In this document: piece after piece, positions 41,301 to 53,000 of the stretch
Layout of the letters: each line of letters starts with the position of its first letter
Position numbering within the stretch: the stretch's first letter is position 1
Assembly (NCBI GenBank): GCA_976226885.1
Contig: OZ320322.1
Span: 29,016,001-29,080,000 of the forward strand
Direction of reading: 5' to 3'
DNA length: 64,000 nt
From: Iphione sp. A-MEVVRFRX5
Taxonomy: Eukaryota
The notes under the pieces: generated by a model
The model's input: only the letters and a program-made list of their open reading frames with translations
What the model was told of the DNA's origin: nothing
The model's database searches: none
Position numbers and translations under genes: made by a program

Positions 41301-43717
41301 TTCTTATGGACATGAATTTATTTTTTATGGACAAATATGTGTTACTACTGCCAAGTTAAATCTGAAGTGGGGATACTACTTTTGCCCTTTGCTAGTTCTA
41401 CCCTTTGTGGAAATATGTATATGATGCTCTAAGACTTCTTTTACACTAACGCACAGATTCTCGGTGGAAGAATTATTGGAGAAGGGATACAATAAGCATA
41501 CAAATGCCTGAGCAATATTAAAAAATGATACAGATATCCAGTATGGAATGGCTTATATTGTTCACAATCAAGCGCGGTGCGATGTATCTGACTAAATGTG
41601 TTGTTTACTTGGTACAGCTGGGACAGGCAAAGCTTATATTTAGAAATACTCGAGTCGCTCAGCCAGAACGTACTGCTCTTCCCAGGCGATCGCTGAGTGC
41701 AGGATATCACCACCGATTCCCCCATGGTCGGCTCTGATGGAGGCACCCAGGATTCCCTTGGCACCTGCCTTTTCCCAAAGCTGCAACAAATGAATGCATT
41801 CAGGTTACTGCGACAGGCCTTCAGGGGGGAAATGTACAGTGATAAAAGCGTCCAATGCAAGCATTAAAGGGATTTCCCCCTTTTCAATTCTTGCGGAAAC
41901 GTTATTGGGGGGCGGGGGGAAGCTAACGCCCCTTATTGTATAACTTTGGCGTTAACTGTTCGTACAGACTTCAACAGATAACGTGTACGGCACGTTGGTT
42001 AAAAAATCTGTATACGTTACACCTGTCTGTAAAGGTACACTCTTACAATGCGGTAAGGAAGTCATTTGAACACGTATATCACATTACAGACAGTACAAAA
42101 CTGTTGAACAATGAAGCTTTATACTGTTCTAAATCGACAAGTTGTCTATAAAATCTTAATAACTATCTCCATTCATTACCTCTCGATCAACTTGACCATT
42201 AGTTTCATATCTGGAAGTGGAAAAACAACTTTTATTTGCATATGTCTACTGGCAAATTGGTGGAGCACTGAAGCATAGTAAATGGGTACATGTATGTACT
42301 TACATATCTTATTCTCCGAATGTATTGCAAAATATCTATAAAGCCACTCAAATATTGAAGATAGTATAACTGTCCGATGCAAGATTGTTTCGGGACTCCT
42401 TTATAGATTTGCTACGGGCTAAATGGATTGTTTTCGATCACTTATGACTAAAATTCGATGTAATTTTTTTTAAAGTCCCCATTTAAAATCCTGTATGAAA
42501 AAGCACACTAGGGTTCAATTAACTTTCTTACTAGCGAACAGAACAAATATTTTGCCTCTTACCTGTCTAAATTTGGTTTGACCTCTTCCTGGAAGAACCT
42601 TCGCACGCTTGTCCTGAAGATGTCGTAGTCCTCGTTGAAAATTTTCCTGATACCGATATCCATGAGGTTGTTGGCGTCAGCGGGTTCTGGGCGGCGCGTG
42701 GGGCCCTCCCTGTGGGTGATGTCCGGGTTGGAGGCATTGCTGAGCGCTCTGGAGGTGCAGCAAAGTTGAGTTACTTACCAAAACCCTGATGGAGTCACTT
42801 GAAGGTACAGTATGCCTGTGGTTTGGACAAATCAGCCATTTTATACCAGTACACCAGAGTGACATGTAGATCCTGACAGTTGTCAGTTTTTCCTGTACAC
42901 GTATTCTTATTTTGAAATGGCCAGTTGCAGGAATGTCTCATTCCTGAGTGAACGTTTCTCACGAGGACAATCCATTCCTCATTCTTGCAAAGATATTCAT
43001 GATATAAGATACAGTATATGAATAGCTGTTTCAGAAATGTCAAATGAAGTCTGACATTTGCCAAGAAAGGTATTGCATATCAAGCATCTTTTTTGTTAAT
43101 GCTAATATTCCACACAGGTCAATTGCATTTGAAAAAAAATGTCAGGTGCTTCATATGCAGGAGTTAAGTGAGTGGCTTCCTTTCTTACCAAGGCTGATTA
43201 ACATCAAATCCTACAGAGTTCTGGATATAGCAAACAAGTACATATAACTAAATATTTCATACTGGGTCTGATTACGTTTCAAGCCTCTTTCTGAAAGATG
43301 GTATCAACCACATGTGTATATGCTAATGACACAGTTCAGATTACCATACTATAATTTATTTACCTGATGTGAAGTTTATTCGAATTACGCATTTCACCGA
43401 GAAAGGAAAACACGTGTACGGCTCACTTTTATCGTGATTTGTGTAGAGTAAATTTGTGGTCGTTTTAAAGCCTATTTTTGATAACAAAAATGCGGCTAAA
43501 ATGATTAATTGGCTTGACCCCGTCTAACCCCTACCAATGTGCATCAACATATAAACATGTATTTGCATGCATCTCGTGTTGTGTATCAAATGTTTTGATA
43601 TATAAAAAAAAATAAACTTTATACTTCAACTTACCTGATGTGAAGTCTACAGATGACATTAACGTGTCGCCGCGCTTGTCGGAAGGCGACATTGCAGAAC
43701 GCTGGCGCAGGGCTCAT
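38338..43717 (-). CDS. ACADL: Long-chain acyl-CoA dehydrogenase, copy A, 444 aa; complement(join(38338-38515,39004-39131,39393-39617,40492-40723,41026-41190,41674-41780,42180-42210,42563-42748,43635-43717))
   Basis: Nine GT-AG exons total 1335 nt in frame. The N-terminus is Arg-rich with no acidic residues, like a mitochondrial presequence. Motifs DIGIRKIF, GAIAMTEP, WILNGSKVFITNG, QDTAELFFDDVRLP, LPLERL (catalytic Glu position of LCAD), VQLHGGWGYMWEY and IYGGTNEIMKELIAR are diagnostic of ACADL. Confidence 0.95.
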
Positions 43718-45020
43718 TGTCCAGACGTTCGTATATCGCACCTAACCTGAGCGCACCAAAAATAACTGCACTGAATATCTATCGAAACATCTGTCCACGT
43801 CTCTGTTTTGTTTCGTGATACACGTAGGTGATGTTCATGCAGATCGTGGCTTTATTCAGCTAGGCATCATTGGTTGCCATAGTGATTTAGCATATATACG
43901 TCTACCTCTTATTTAGGACAATGGTACACGTAAAGGTAAATGGTTCCACTGACCTTATAGTGTTCTGTCCGGTCGGGACTCCTCGACTCTCCAGAATGAG
44001 GTCAGGGGTGGACCTGCACCTCCACTTGGGTATGAAATAGTAAGGGTGAAATTTATTTCTGTTCTCCTAGATCAACATCACTATCTGGGCTGTGACGAAT
44101 ACCCCGATCGAGGGCAAGCCGCTTACACTACAAAGAGAGGCACTGCTGGTATCCAATCACATTCCACAAGCTCGTGTCAGAAGGCGAGACCTTACATAAC
44201 CGATAGTAAGGTCGGATCCATGGTTCAAAGTACACCCTGCAATAATTATCTCGGGATAGGCCTGGCGTGAGTCAGGGTTAATATTGGGACCGCGAGTATC
44301 AGACATGGTATGTTATGTAAGGTAAAAAATGACTCGGACTTTCTGATCTTCGTCTGATTTGAGCGTGAGTAAAATAGATATATAATTGATTTCGTGTGGA
44401 TAGTTTCGGCTACTGCCTTACTTTGTCCACTGTCCCACTGACGGAGACCCCTTGATGTTTTCCCCGCATGTAGGCCTATGTTTATAGGATTGTGCATTAC
44501 ATATGCATTGCACTTGCACTGCAGTTTCTTTTACTAACACATTAACTGCATGTATACGACCATTTCCATACATGTGTTACCTTGGTGTATTGTCTTTATT
44601 CTTTTTGCATTGTGCTTCCATTGCATTTTGGTTGTTCATTTTTAGACACTTCCCATTAAATCCATGCAAATGCTTATAAACAGTAGCGTATGGCAGATGC
44701 CATTAGGACAAGTACATGTAAATGTATAAACTCTGCTTGAAACTACATGGAGCAATATCAAGAAATACACAAAAACACACAATTTAAACACACCTTCATG
44801 TGAGTAAAAACACCGCCACCTATCCCTCTCTTTTTCAATCCCATGTGCAATCATGGTCAATGAAGATTCAGCATGCAAATGCAACACACAAATGGAAGCC
44901 GACTCTTAGACACCGGCATTTTGTATTAATCCAGACCATGGCAGGCTTTCAATGCATGCATATGTTTTAACTTACATTATTTGGTCTCGCACATTAAATC
45001 CTCATACTGTGTTCGACTAA

Positions 45021-45665
45021 GGCCCGGTTTCCATACATGCGGTGCCGTCCGTTGGTATGCGTGTGCGTTTCAGTGCGGGAAACGGATCGGCGGGGTACTA
45101 GGCCTGGTTTCCGCACGGCAACGCACAGGGGGTGTCCTCAACACTCTGCGGGACAGTGCGGGAAATGATGGGAGAATACACAGGAAAATATACAAAAAAC
45201 GGCAAAAACCCGCCGAAAAACGGCAAATTCCATGGAAAACTGGCCAAAAAATGACCCGATTCATGCAAATTCGGCCGAAAAACGGCAAATTCCATGGAAA
45301 ACCGGCCGAAAAACGACTAATTTCATGCAAATTCGGCCGAGAAACGGCAAAAATGTGCGGAAAAATTCGGGAAAAAAGCGTCATTGTGCGGAAATGTGCG
45401 GTATCAACATCTAAAAGTGAGTAAAAAGTAAGTAAAAGTGAGTAAAAATGACTAAATAGCAGTGCGTTGCTGTGTGTGTGCGGAAAATTTACGGGAAGGG
45501 ACCAAAAACGGGCACCAGAGAGCACCGGACGGCAACGCACACGCACAGCACCGCAGGTAAGGAACACCCTCCACTGATAGCATATATCCCGAAAATGACG
45601 CAATTCACCGGAGAGCACCGGACAGCAACGCACACGCACAGCACCGCAGGTAAGGAAACCGGGGC
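45021..45665. mobile_element. PIF/Harbinger-like MITE with internal tandem repeats
   Basis: Ends GGCCCGGTTTCCATAC / GTAAGGAAACCGGGGC with flanks TAA / TGA. Internal repeats of AAAACGGCAAATTCCATGGAAAAC and a duplicated CACCGGAC.GCAACGCACACGCACAGCACCGCAGGTAAGGAA block. Confidence 0.75.
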
Positions 45666-46657
45666 TGAGGTGCATGAGCATCTCCTCATGTACATGTACA
45701 CATTGTAATGTATCAGCATCAGAAGAGCTCAAGCAGTTAGTAGATTTGAACAAAATAACAAAGAATAAAGAATCTGGTTCATTCCAGTAAATGATATAGT
45801 TGCGCATGGGTGATCCCTTTCAAAGGTGCAAGAGAAAACGTCTATTCATTCACAAAAATGTCAGCTTATATACTCCATGGTTACATAACAGCAGCTAAAA
45901 ATAGACACAGGTGTCTAGACAGTTGTCTGGATTGATTTAGATTATGTAATCATTTGATAACCTGTACTAAAAATAACCTTCTACATCATGGACACATATG
46001 ACACAGTTGCCAACAGTGCAATATTTTCTAAGGAATGCGATCCGTGTTGAGTCCAAATGGATTGCTCAACACAGATCGCCCCATGTGGATTATTACCAAA
46101 ACATGTTACCAAACAAATTCATGCACATACTACAACATATTCAATATAATGGACAAAGTGACCCTTGGGGATCACCTTGATGGTTGAAATTGGGGTATCA
46201 GTATTTCATTCATGCATCTGTATGTGAGAATTCTGGTGGTTGACCTATCGGTTTCAGGGATACATATCCGTATACAATGCACTTTATTTCAGACACACAG
46301 GTAGTCCAGTATATCCCTCCTTCGTGCATGTTGCAGGAAAGTGTACGAAGGGGATAAACCTAATGTGCACACGGAAGGACTGCCGCAATTTGAAGCCATA
46401 TATGAAGCCATGCGGTCTCTCCTCTAAGTCACAAATAACTGTACCTTGAGTAGGTAGGTTGGTCTTACAAAAGACATGTACCGGAGTATCTGCACGGCCA
46501 AAAGTTTTACGCTATTAATGTTTTCTCAAACTATGATTATCTTATACGATCGAGTAGCTCAGATTGCATCAATTTATCTTAAAATAGGGTAGTCTGAGTG
46601 GTGTGGAATACATGTATAAGGACGGGGGCAAATTTTTCATATGTAAACGTTGATATA

Positions 46658-47278
46658 CAGTACCCTCCCTGCCTGCGGACGCGTCTCCAATGCGGACGCG
46701 TCTCAAATGCGGATGATTTGACGCAGAACGAACTGTTTTCCTATAGTTAACCATTATGAGCTGACGTCTCCAATGCGGACGGCAAAAATTGGGGGACGTC
46801 TCCCTCTGGACACCCTCAAAGGGTCCTCTGTACATGTTTTTGTGCGAATTCACACCTTGAAATGCGAATTCACACCTTGAAATCAGTCTAAACCAATCTA
46901 TTCTTGGTCTAAACCCCCCAATTCGCGGTCTATACCCGCCGGGGGCGTCAACGGCGACCTCTCTGATGTCTCTCACACCTTGGAGGGACTCTGTCTCACA
47001 CCTCTGTTATTCATCAAATTCAGCACTTTTTGGACTTTAGTCATCAAATTCAGCACTTTTTGGACTCTTAGTCATCAAATTCAGCACTTTTTGGACTTAG
47101 TCGTCAAATCCAGCACTTTTTGGACGTTTGTACATATCAGTTGTGGAGAGAGAGAGAGGGAGAAAGGGATTTCATTTTCTAGTTTGACCCCCCTGTAGCG
47201 ATCTCCAATGCGGACGCGTCTCAAATGCGGACGGTTTGAAGCAGAACGAAGGGTGTCCGGAATTGAGAGAGTGGACTG
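46658..47278. mobile_element. Tc1/pogo(Tigger)-like MITE
   Basis: TA|CAGT...ACTG|TA termini, subterminal TCTCCAATGCGGACGCGTCTCAAATGCGGA repeats, and four internal ~30-bp units TCATCAAATTCAGCACTTTTTGGAC (47011-47126). Confidence 0.75.
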
Positions 47279-48180
47279 TACATGTATTAACTATTCAATG
47301 GCTACTTAATGTAACCACAAATGTCTTATAACATATCTCAAGATATGCTGTGGACATTATTACGTTGTCTTATTTGACATCTCTCAGCAGGAATATTATT
47401 AACACTCCACTGCAGCAAGTTCAACAGTTTTGCATTGTTGCATTGGGCTTCCGACTCTAAAAAGAATAACCACTGCTATTTTTTTAAAATTGCATCATGC
47501 ATTGCTAGGGAAAACAGCACATTAAGCAGGCGCTCCAATGTATACCTAGACTTGGGAAATCCATCAATCGAGGGAGTAACAAATGTTATATAGTTTCTTC
47601 AGTTTACTTTTGTTTTAAACCAGATTATCATATTAGGGTTCAGGTGTTCCACTTACCGAGAATAAACATCAACCTTAGCACATGTATGTGTAAAAGCCCT
47701 AGGGGCATCGTCCCAGTTGTATGTGTACTGATATGTGCATGCAGAAAAATATGATCGTGTAGTTTCAATAAGGAGTGAGTCCATGTATGCATGTGGTGAC
47801 ACGATAATGCATGCAGATTTTTTTTTCCATCCCCATCCGGCTTTTGTTCGAAACAAGCTTTTTCTGTAGTTTTGCTATGTGAGATTCTGTGCTCCCCATG
47901 TTTTAATAATATCTAGTACAGATGCACACATGTGTCCATGCGCAACTGCAGGTATATGGACCATGTTCCTTAGTTTCCTTTACATTGATAAAAGACTCAA
48001 CCGTTTCTGAATTGGCACCAGCCGTTACTTCTTGACCGCACGTATCTTCCTGTCACATATGGCATAATTTTACATGTTGTGTAGTCGGTATATAAGGGCA
48101 TCTCTATGCAAATACAAATTAACACGCTTTAACAAATATGGTGTACAGTAACTAACCTTTATTCATATTCACCACTATTA

Positions 48181-49043
48181 CAGGGTTCCCAGCATTTCAA
48201 GAAAACAAAATTCCCTGATTTTTCCATGATTTTTCCCTGATGAAGTCTCAAAATTCCATGATAATTACTTCAACTCATTTCCAGTTTCACAGTTTCTATG
48301 TTGTTGCAGTGAACTATTTGCAGTATAAATCATTGTAATGTAAAACAAACTTTTACTATTACACAGGCATATAATGGCCTCCCTTCTCCCCTTACAGCCA
48401 TCCTTTCCTCACCTTATGCAGGCAGAGGTTGATTCAAGGTAATTCAAGTACATGTACACATCATTCAATCACAGCACACTATGTTAAAGATGCCAATTTC
48501 AATACTGGTTTGCACTGGAATGTGCAAAGGCGTCAAGATCTACATGTCATAGAGGGTTTAACCAGCACAACTGTATTTACAATGATACCAAAAGTTACTG
48601 AATTCTCTTGGCATTTAGAACAATTTTTAATACATAAAATTGTGAATGAGTTCATAGGTGGTATGTCTATGGCCTGGGCCACAATCTCCAGTTTTTCATG
48701 ATGCTGTTAAGAAGAAGCAGCTCTGGAGACAAGGGACATGACTCCCTTTTGGCTTTTCAGTGTACACAATCATGTTTAAAGTTAGAGGCCTTATTTAGGT
48801 GAGGCTACTTGTACTACAGTCAAAGAGGCTATACTAAAAAACCACTATAGCCAGTCATCCAATAGATGTTTTCATGTATAACAAAATATAAGAGTTTGAC
48901 TAACCACTTTTGACTTTTGGGCCAATCAAAATTCCCTGATTTTTCCCTGATTTGAGGCATTTTTATCAAATTCCCTGATTTTTCCCTGACTGGAAAAGAG
49001 TAAAATAATTTTCCCTGATTTCCCTGATGGGCTGGGAACCCTG
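48181..49043. mobile_element. Non-autonomous DNA transposon with CAGGG termini
   Basis: Perfect 13-bp TIRs CAGGGTTCCCAGC / GCTGGGAACCCTG, repeated subterminal AAATTCCCTGATTTT motifs, and TATTA on both flanks. Confidence 0.8.
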
Positions 49044-49697
49044 TATTATACAGCGGTACGTTTTATTCAGTCGATAGAGCGAACGATGCATTCCCGGTGC
49101 GAAGTCATAATCTAGACTGAATGACTAATTGGGAGTACAATGAATGTTTCGTTGGTAGCTAGCACATGTACTGTAATGGCAAAATACAATATTCTCCTTA
49201 CTCAAAATATTTATAAGAGTTGGCCACTTAGGATAGTAAACAATTGCACTTCGAAAGGAAGCCACTCGGTCAGTTTCCCAAGATGTATCACCATGCATAG
49301 TGTATTACACAGTGAGTGGTAGACATCTCTACTTCTTCACGAAGAACCATCGGTGTGCAAGAAGAATCTATGTACATGCATACGGGATCACATATTTCAG
49401 CTTATATCTAACATCAGAAGTCATAGCAAGAAATAAGCATTATGAGGAGAGGCTTCAAGAAGCCAGTCAAATATGTGAGATAGCAGCCAGGTACTAGTCA
49501 GCTAGTCAGTGAGGCACCGACAGGCTGATACCAACATGGCATGCAATCCCTGTTATCTCAGTCACGTCAAGTATTAGACCCAAGTTCTTTCACTGTACAA
49601 GTTGATAGAAGAAAGGGAAATCCAGTATACAAGGCCTCCGAAGCTGCCCCACACAAACCCACCTTAACCTCTCTTAACCCCTACATCATCCCCATAT

Positions 49698-49864
49698 NNN
49701 NNNNNNNNNNNNNNNNNNNNNNNNNNNNNNNNNNNNNNNNNNNNNNNNNNNNNNNNNNNNNNNNNNNNNNNNNNNNNNNNNNNNNNNNNNNNNNNNNNNN
49801 NNNNNNNNNNNNNNNNNNNNNNNNNNNNNNNNNNNNNNNNNNNNNNNNNNNNNNNNNNNNNNNN
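49698..49864. other. Assembly gap (167 N)
   Basis: Run of N between the two ACADL copies. Confidence 1.
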
Positions 49865-50091
49865 TTGTCTTTCTTGACTGTCTCTCCCTGTCATTTCATG
49901 TCTTATTTCTGTCTCTCCTTCCTTGTCTGTCTGTCTCATTTGCACTGTCTCACATTCGCTCTCTCACGCAGTAACAAGATGGACTGCAAGGCTTTGGTCA
50001 TAAATACATACTGGTATATATAATAATATAAGCATATCTGGACGCCTAAGAATCTATACTATGTGCTTCTTGGTCAGTGCGTCTCATCTTA

Positions 50092-53000
50092 TCACTTTTT
50101 CCCAACAATGCTACGGGCGATAAGCTCTTTCATAATCTCATTGGTGCCTCCATAGATAGTCTGGACTTTAGCATTGACGTAAGCCCTGGAGATGGGGTAT
50201 TCCCACATGTAGCCCCAGCCTCCATGGAGTTGGACGCAGTCGTATGCAACTTTGTTCTGGAGGTCCGTAGCCCTGCAAGCAAAATTAGATAACTCTTTGC
50301 ATTTTTGTGAGATAATGCGATGCCACTGTTGTTAGTTTTGCCTCAGTACCCAAGTATGTTGTTGTACTCTGTGAGATATACTGGATTACTAAAAAAAATA
50401 ACTTCCACAAAAACTGCTAAACATTGAAGAAAAAAGGGTCAGGCGAAAAAAAAAAAAATTTCTTAACAATACGAGTCTTATCGAGACTATTCTCCATTCC
50501 TTCAAGCTTTCCCTGCTTGAACTTCTCGATTTTGGCTGCAATGGCCTATGGTTGAGGAAGGAGCTTGTGGTTCAAACGTACATCCCTTAGATCTAGCTAA
50601 ACATAAACGATTAAATATTCGTGGGTGGTAACACCGCCCTTAACGTAATCAAAGCGGTTCTATCATGGATGATAACCTCAAGGTTAACTTGGGGACGAAG
50701 GACCAAATCGCTAAGCGCATTATATAAATTTCTCACCTAGATAAATTATCCTACTACCCTACAAAAATAAGTCATCCAAAACTGATCTGTTCCATGGTTG
50801 AAATTTGTTTTTTCAGCGGGGAGGATTAGATGTAAGGTTAATATTTCACTTTTTTTGTTGGTTGTGTTAAAATAAAACTCGTCTAGGTCTGTCATATTCA
50901 TTGTTTTTTGAAAGGATATCTGTGTGTATTGACACGGGATTCAATGTAACAACATGCGTACATTTACGTGTATATATTTTTTTCAAATGTATGAAGACGT
51001 GGAAAACAAATATATATAATGAAAAACGAAATGAATATTTTTCAAGAATTGGGGTATGTCACTTCCACTGCATATGTGGCATCATGGATAAGAATATTAA
51101 GTTGCGAATTTGGAGGTTTGGACGATATTTATACCTTTTTATGCTAAACACATCCTTCTATTCACCAATTAATATTTTCATATAGAAATAAGCACTGCCA
51201 ATGTTCATTACCTTATATATCATCATAACGGTATTTCGGCATGAGGAACATGAACTAGGTTTATGTACATGTAAATGTAAACCCCACTGCTCCAAAGGAT
51301 TGCATATACAATCATTTCTCTGCGGCTGCATAGTTCCTGGCCAGTAAACTTACCAGTATTTAGCCATCGATGCTAAATCAGCCGAGAGCCTCTCTTCCTT
51401 TTCGGCTACGATGCAGTCATCGACAAACGAGCGCGCCACACAGATCCCCGTCTTCATCTCTGCTAGTTTGTGCTGAATGGTCTGGGGGGGGGGGCAGAGA
51501 GAACAAAAAAGTGGATGAATAGACTTCAAATAACCTTGGAAAAATACTAATTCTGTCCAGGAAATGTGATAAAAAATAGTAGCCGTACTAGTTCAAACAA
51601 AAAGCCCATTCAGAATAAGTACAGCATAAACAGAATAGGTGTGCAGCCTAGTTAAATAGCCAGTAGAACCTATTTAAAGTCCAGGTAGTGTGGGACACTT
51701 GTAATCACCTGTAAGTCTGCAAGAGTTTTCCTGAATGCCTTCCGCTGCCGAACATACTCGCGCGTCTCCTCAAACATCCACTCGGTGGTAGCCAGACCCA
51801 AAACAGCGATCTGCAGTCGTTCGAGGGGGAGCTTTTCCATGAGGTAGTAGAAGCCACGGTTCAGACCCGCCTCCCCCCCGAGCAGAGAGGACATGGGCAG
51901 CCTCACGTCGTCAAAGAACAACTCGGCCGTATCCTGTAAAATCGAGGTGAGCATGGATACTCGTTAGCGAAACCTCATACTTCAGACCTTACTTGTACAA
52001 ATCTTCTTCTAGGACGTATATTAACCCCGGTACCCTCGCTTGCTTTTGGTTGTATCAGATCCGTTTAGTCTGACGCATTCTCTGAAACACTAAGCTACAA
52101 GTACATGTGGTTGTATGCTGAATCCAACACAGATTCTGCTCATCAGATGTTCGTTGAATGGTCATTTATAGAGAACGTCGCAGAGAGGAGAATCCTAGAC
52201 TTGAATATCAAAATCAACTGAAGTAAAGATAACTTATCGTTTGGCAGAATAGAGGAAATGTCTTTGAAATACTTCTTATCGTGTGATACTTCAATCTGAA
52301 TGAAAAAGCCATTGGCTCATTCCAGGTAGCGCCCATGTTGAACTTCACCTGTGATTTAGTGCCCATCTTCTTCAGTTTGCCTCCCTTCTTGAAGCCAGGC
52401 ATGCCATCCTCCACGAGGAAAAGAGAAATTCCATGGGCAGGGGATTTGGCATCAGGGTTGGTGATAGCAACAACAAGAACAACATCAGCCATCCAGCCAT
52501 TTGTGATGAAGACTTTGCTGCCATTCAGAATCCAGTCATCACCATCACGTTTGGCATTTGTCCGGATACCCTGCAGGTCGCTAAAGTTGATACAGTATGT
52601 TAGAGTATCAATATCTATCCACATGTATCAATATATTCAAGTTCTAAGGATATTCTTGACTTACACAAAGGAAGTCAATAGCACAGATTCCATGTGCAGG
52701 TACAGTGGAACCCCTCATTATGGACATCCCTCTATTCAGGACACCCTACATTATGGGCAAGCTGTAAACAGAACAATATCTTTAGATTCATGTTCAAATA
52801 CTCCTGGTATAGAGGTCCTCGACTTTATGGAGAGTTTATGGTTAGTCTCCTTGCTCACCACAGTAGAGAGTTTCCACTGTATCTATTACTAATAAACTTT
52901 GAAATATTTTTTCTCTTTTACGTCATAAGGTGACATACCCTCCATTTTGTAGAAGTTGTCATTGAGTTAGTTATAGGTACAACTCTCTGAACAAAATAGA

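Noticed and set aside
45070-45807. 245-aa minus ORF and neighbouring ORFs
   Set aside because: They are translations of MITE-internal tandem repeats, and the peptide repeats mirror the DNA repeats.
47011-47126. Four ~30-bp direct repeats superficially like a CRISPR array
   Set aside because: There are no unique spacers, the context is eukaryotic, and the repeats are internal to a MITE.
46569-47198. 135-aa and 72-aa ORFs
   Set aside because: They lie within the Tc1/pogo-like MITE repeats and have no transposase motifs.
49541-50023. ORFs spanning the N run
   Set aside because: Artefact of the assembly gap.
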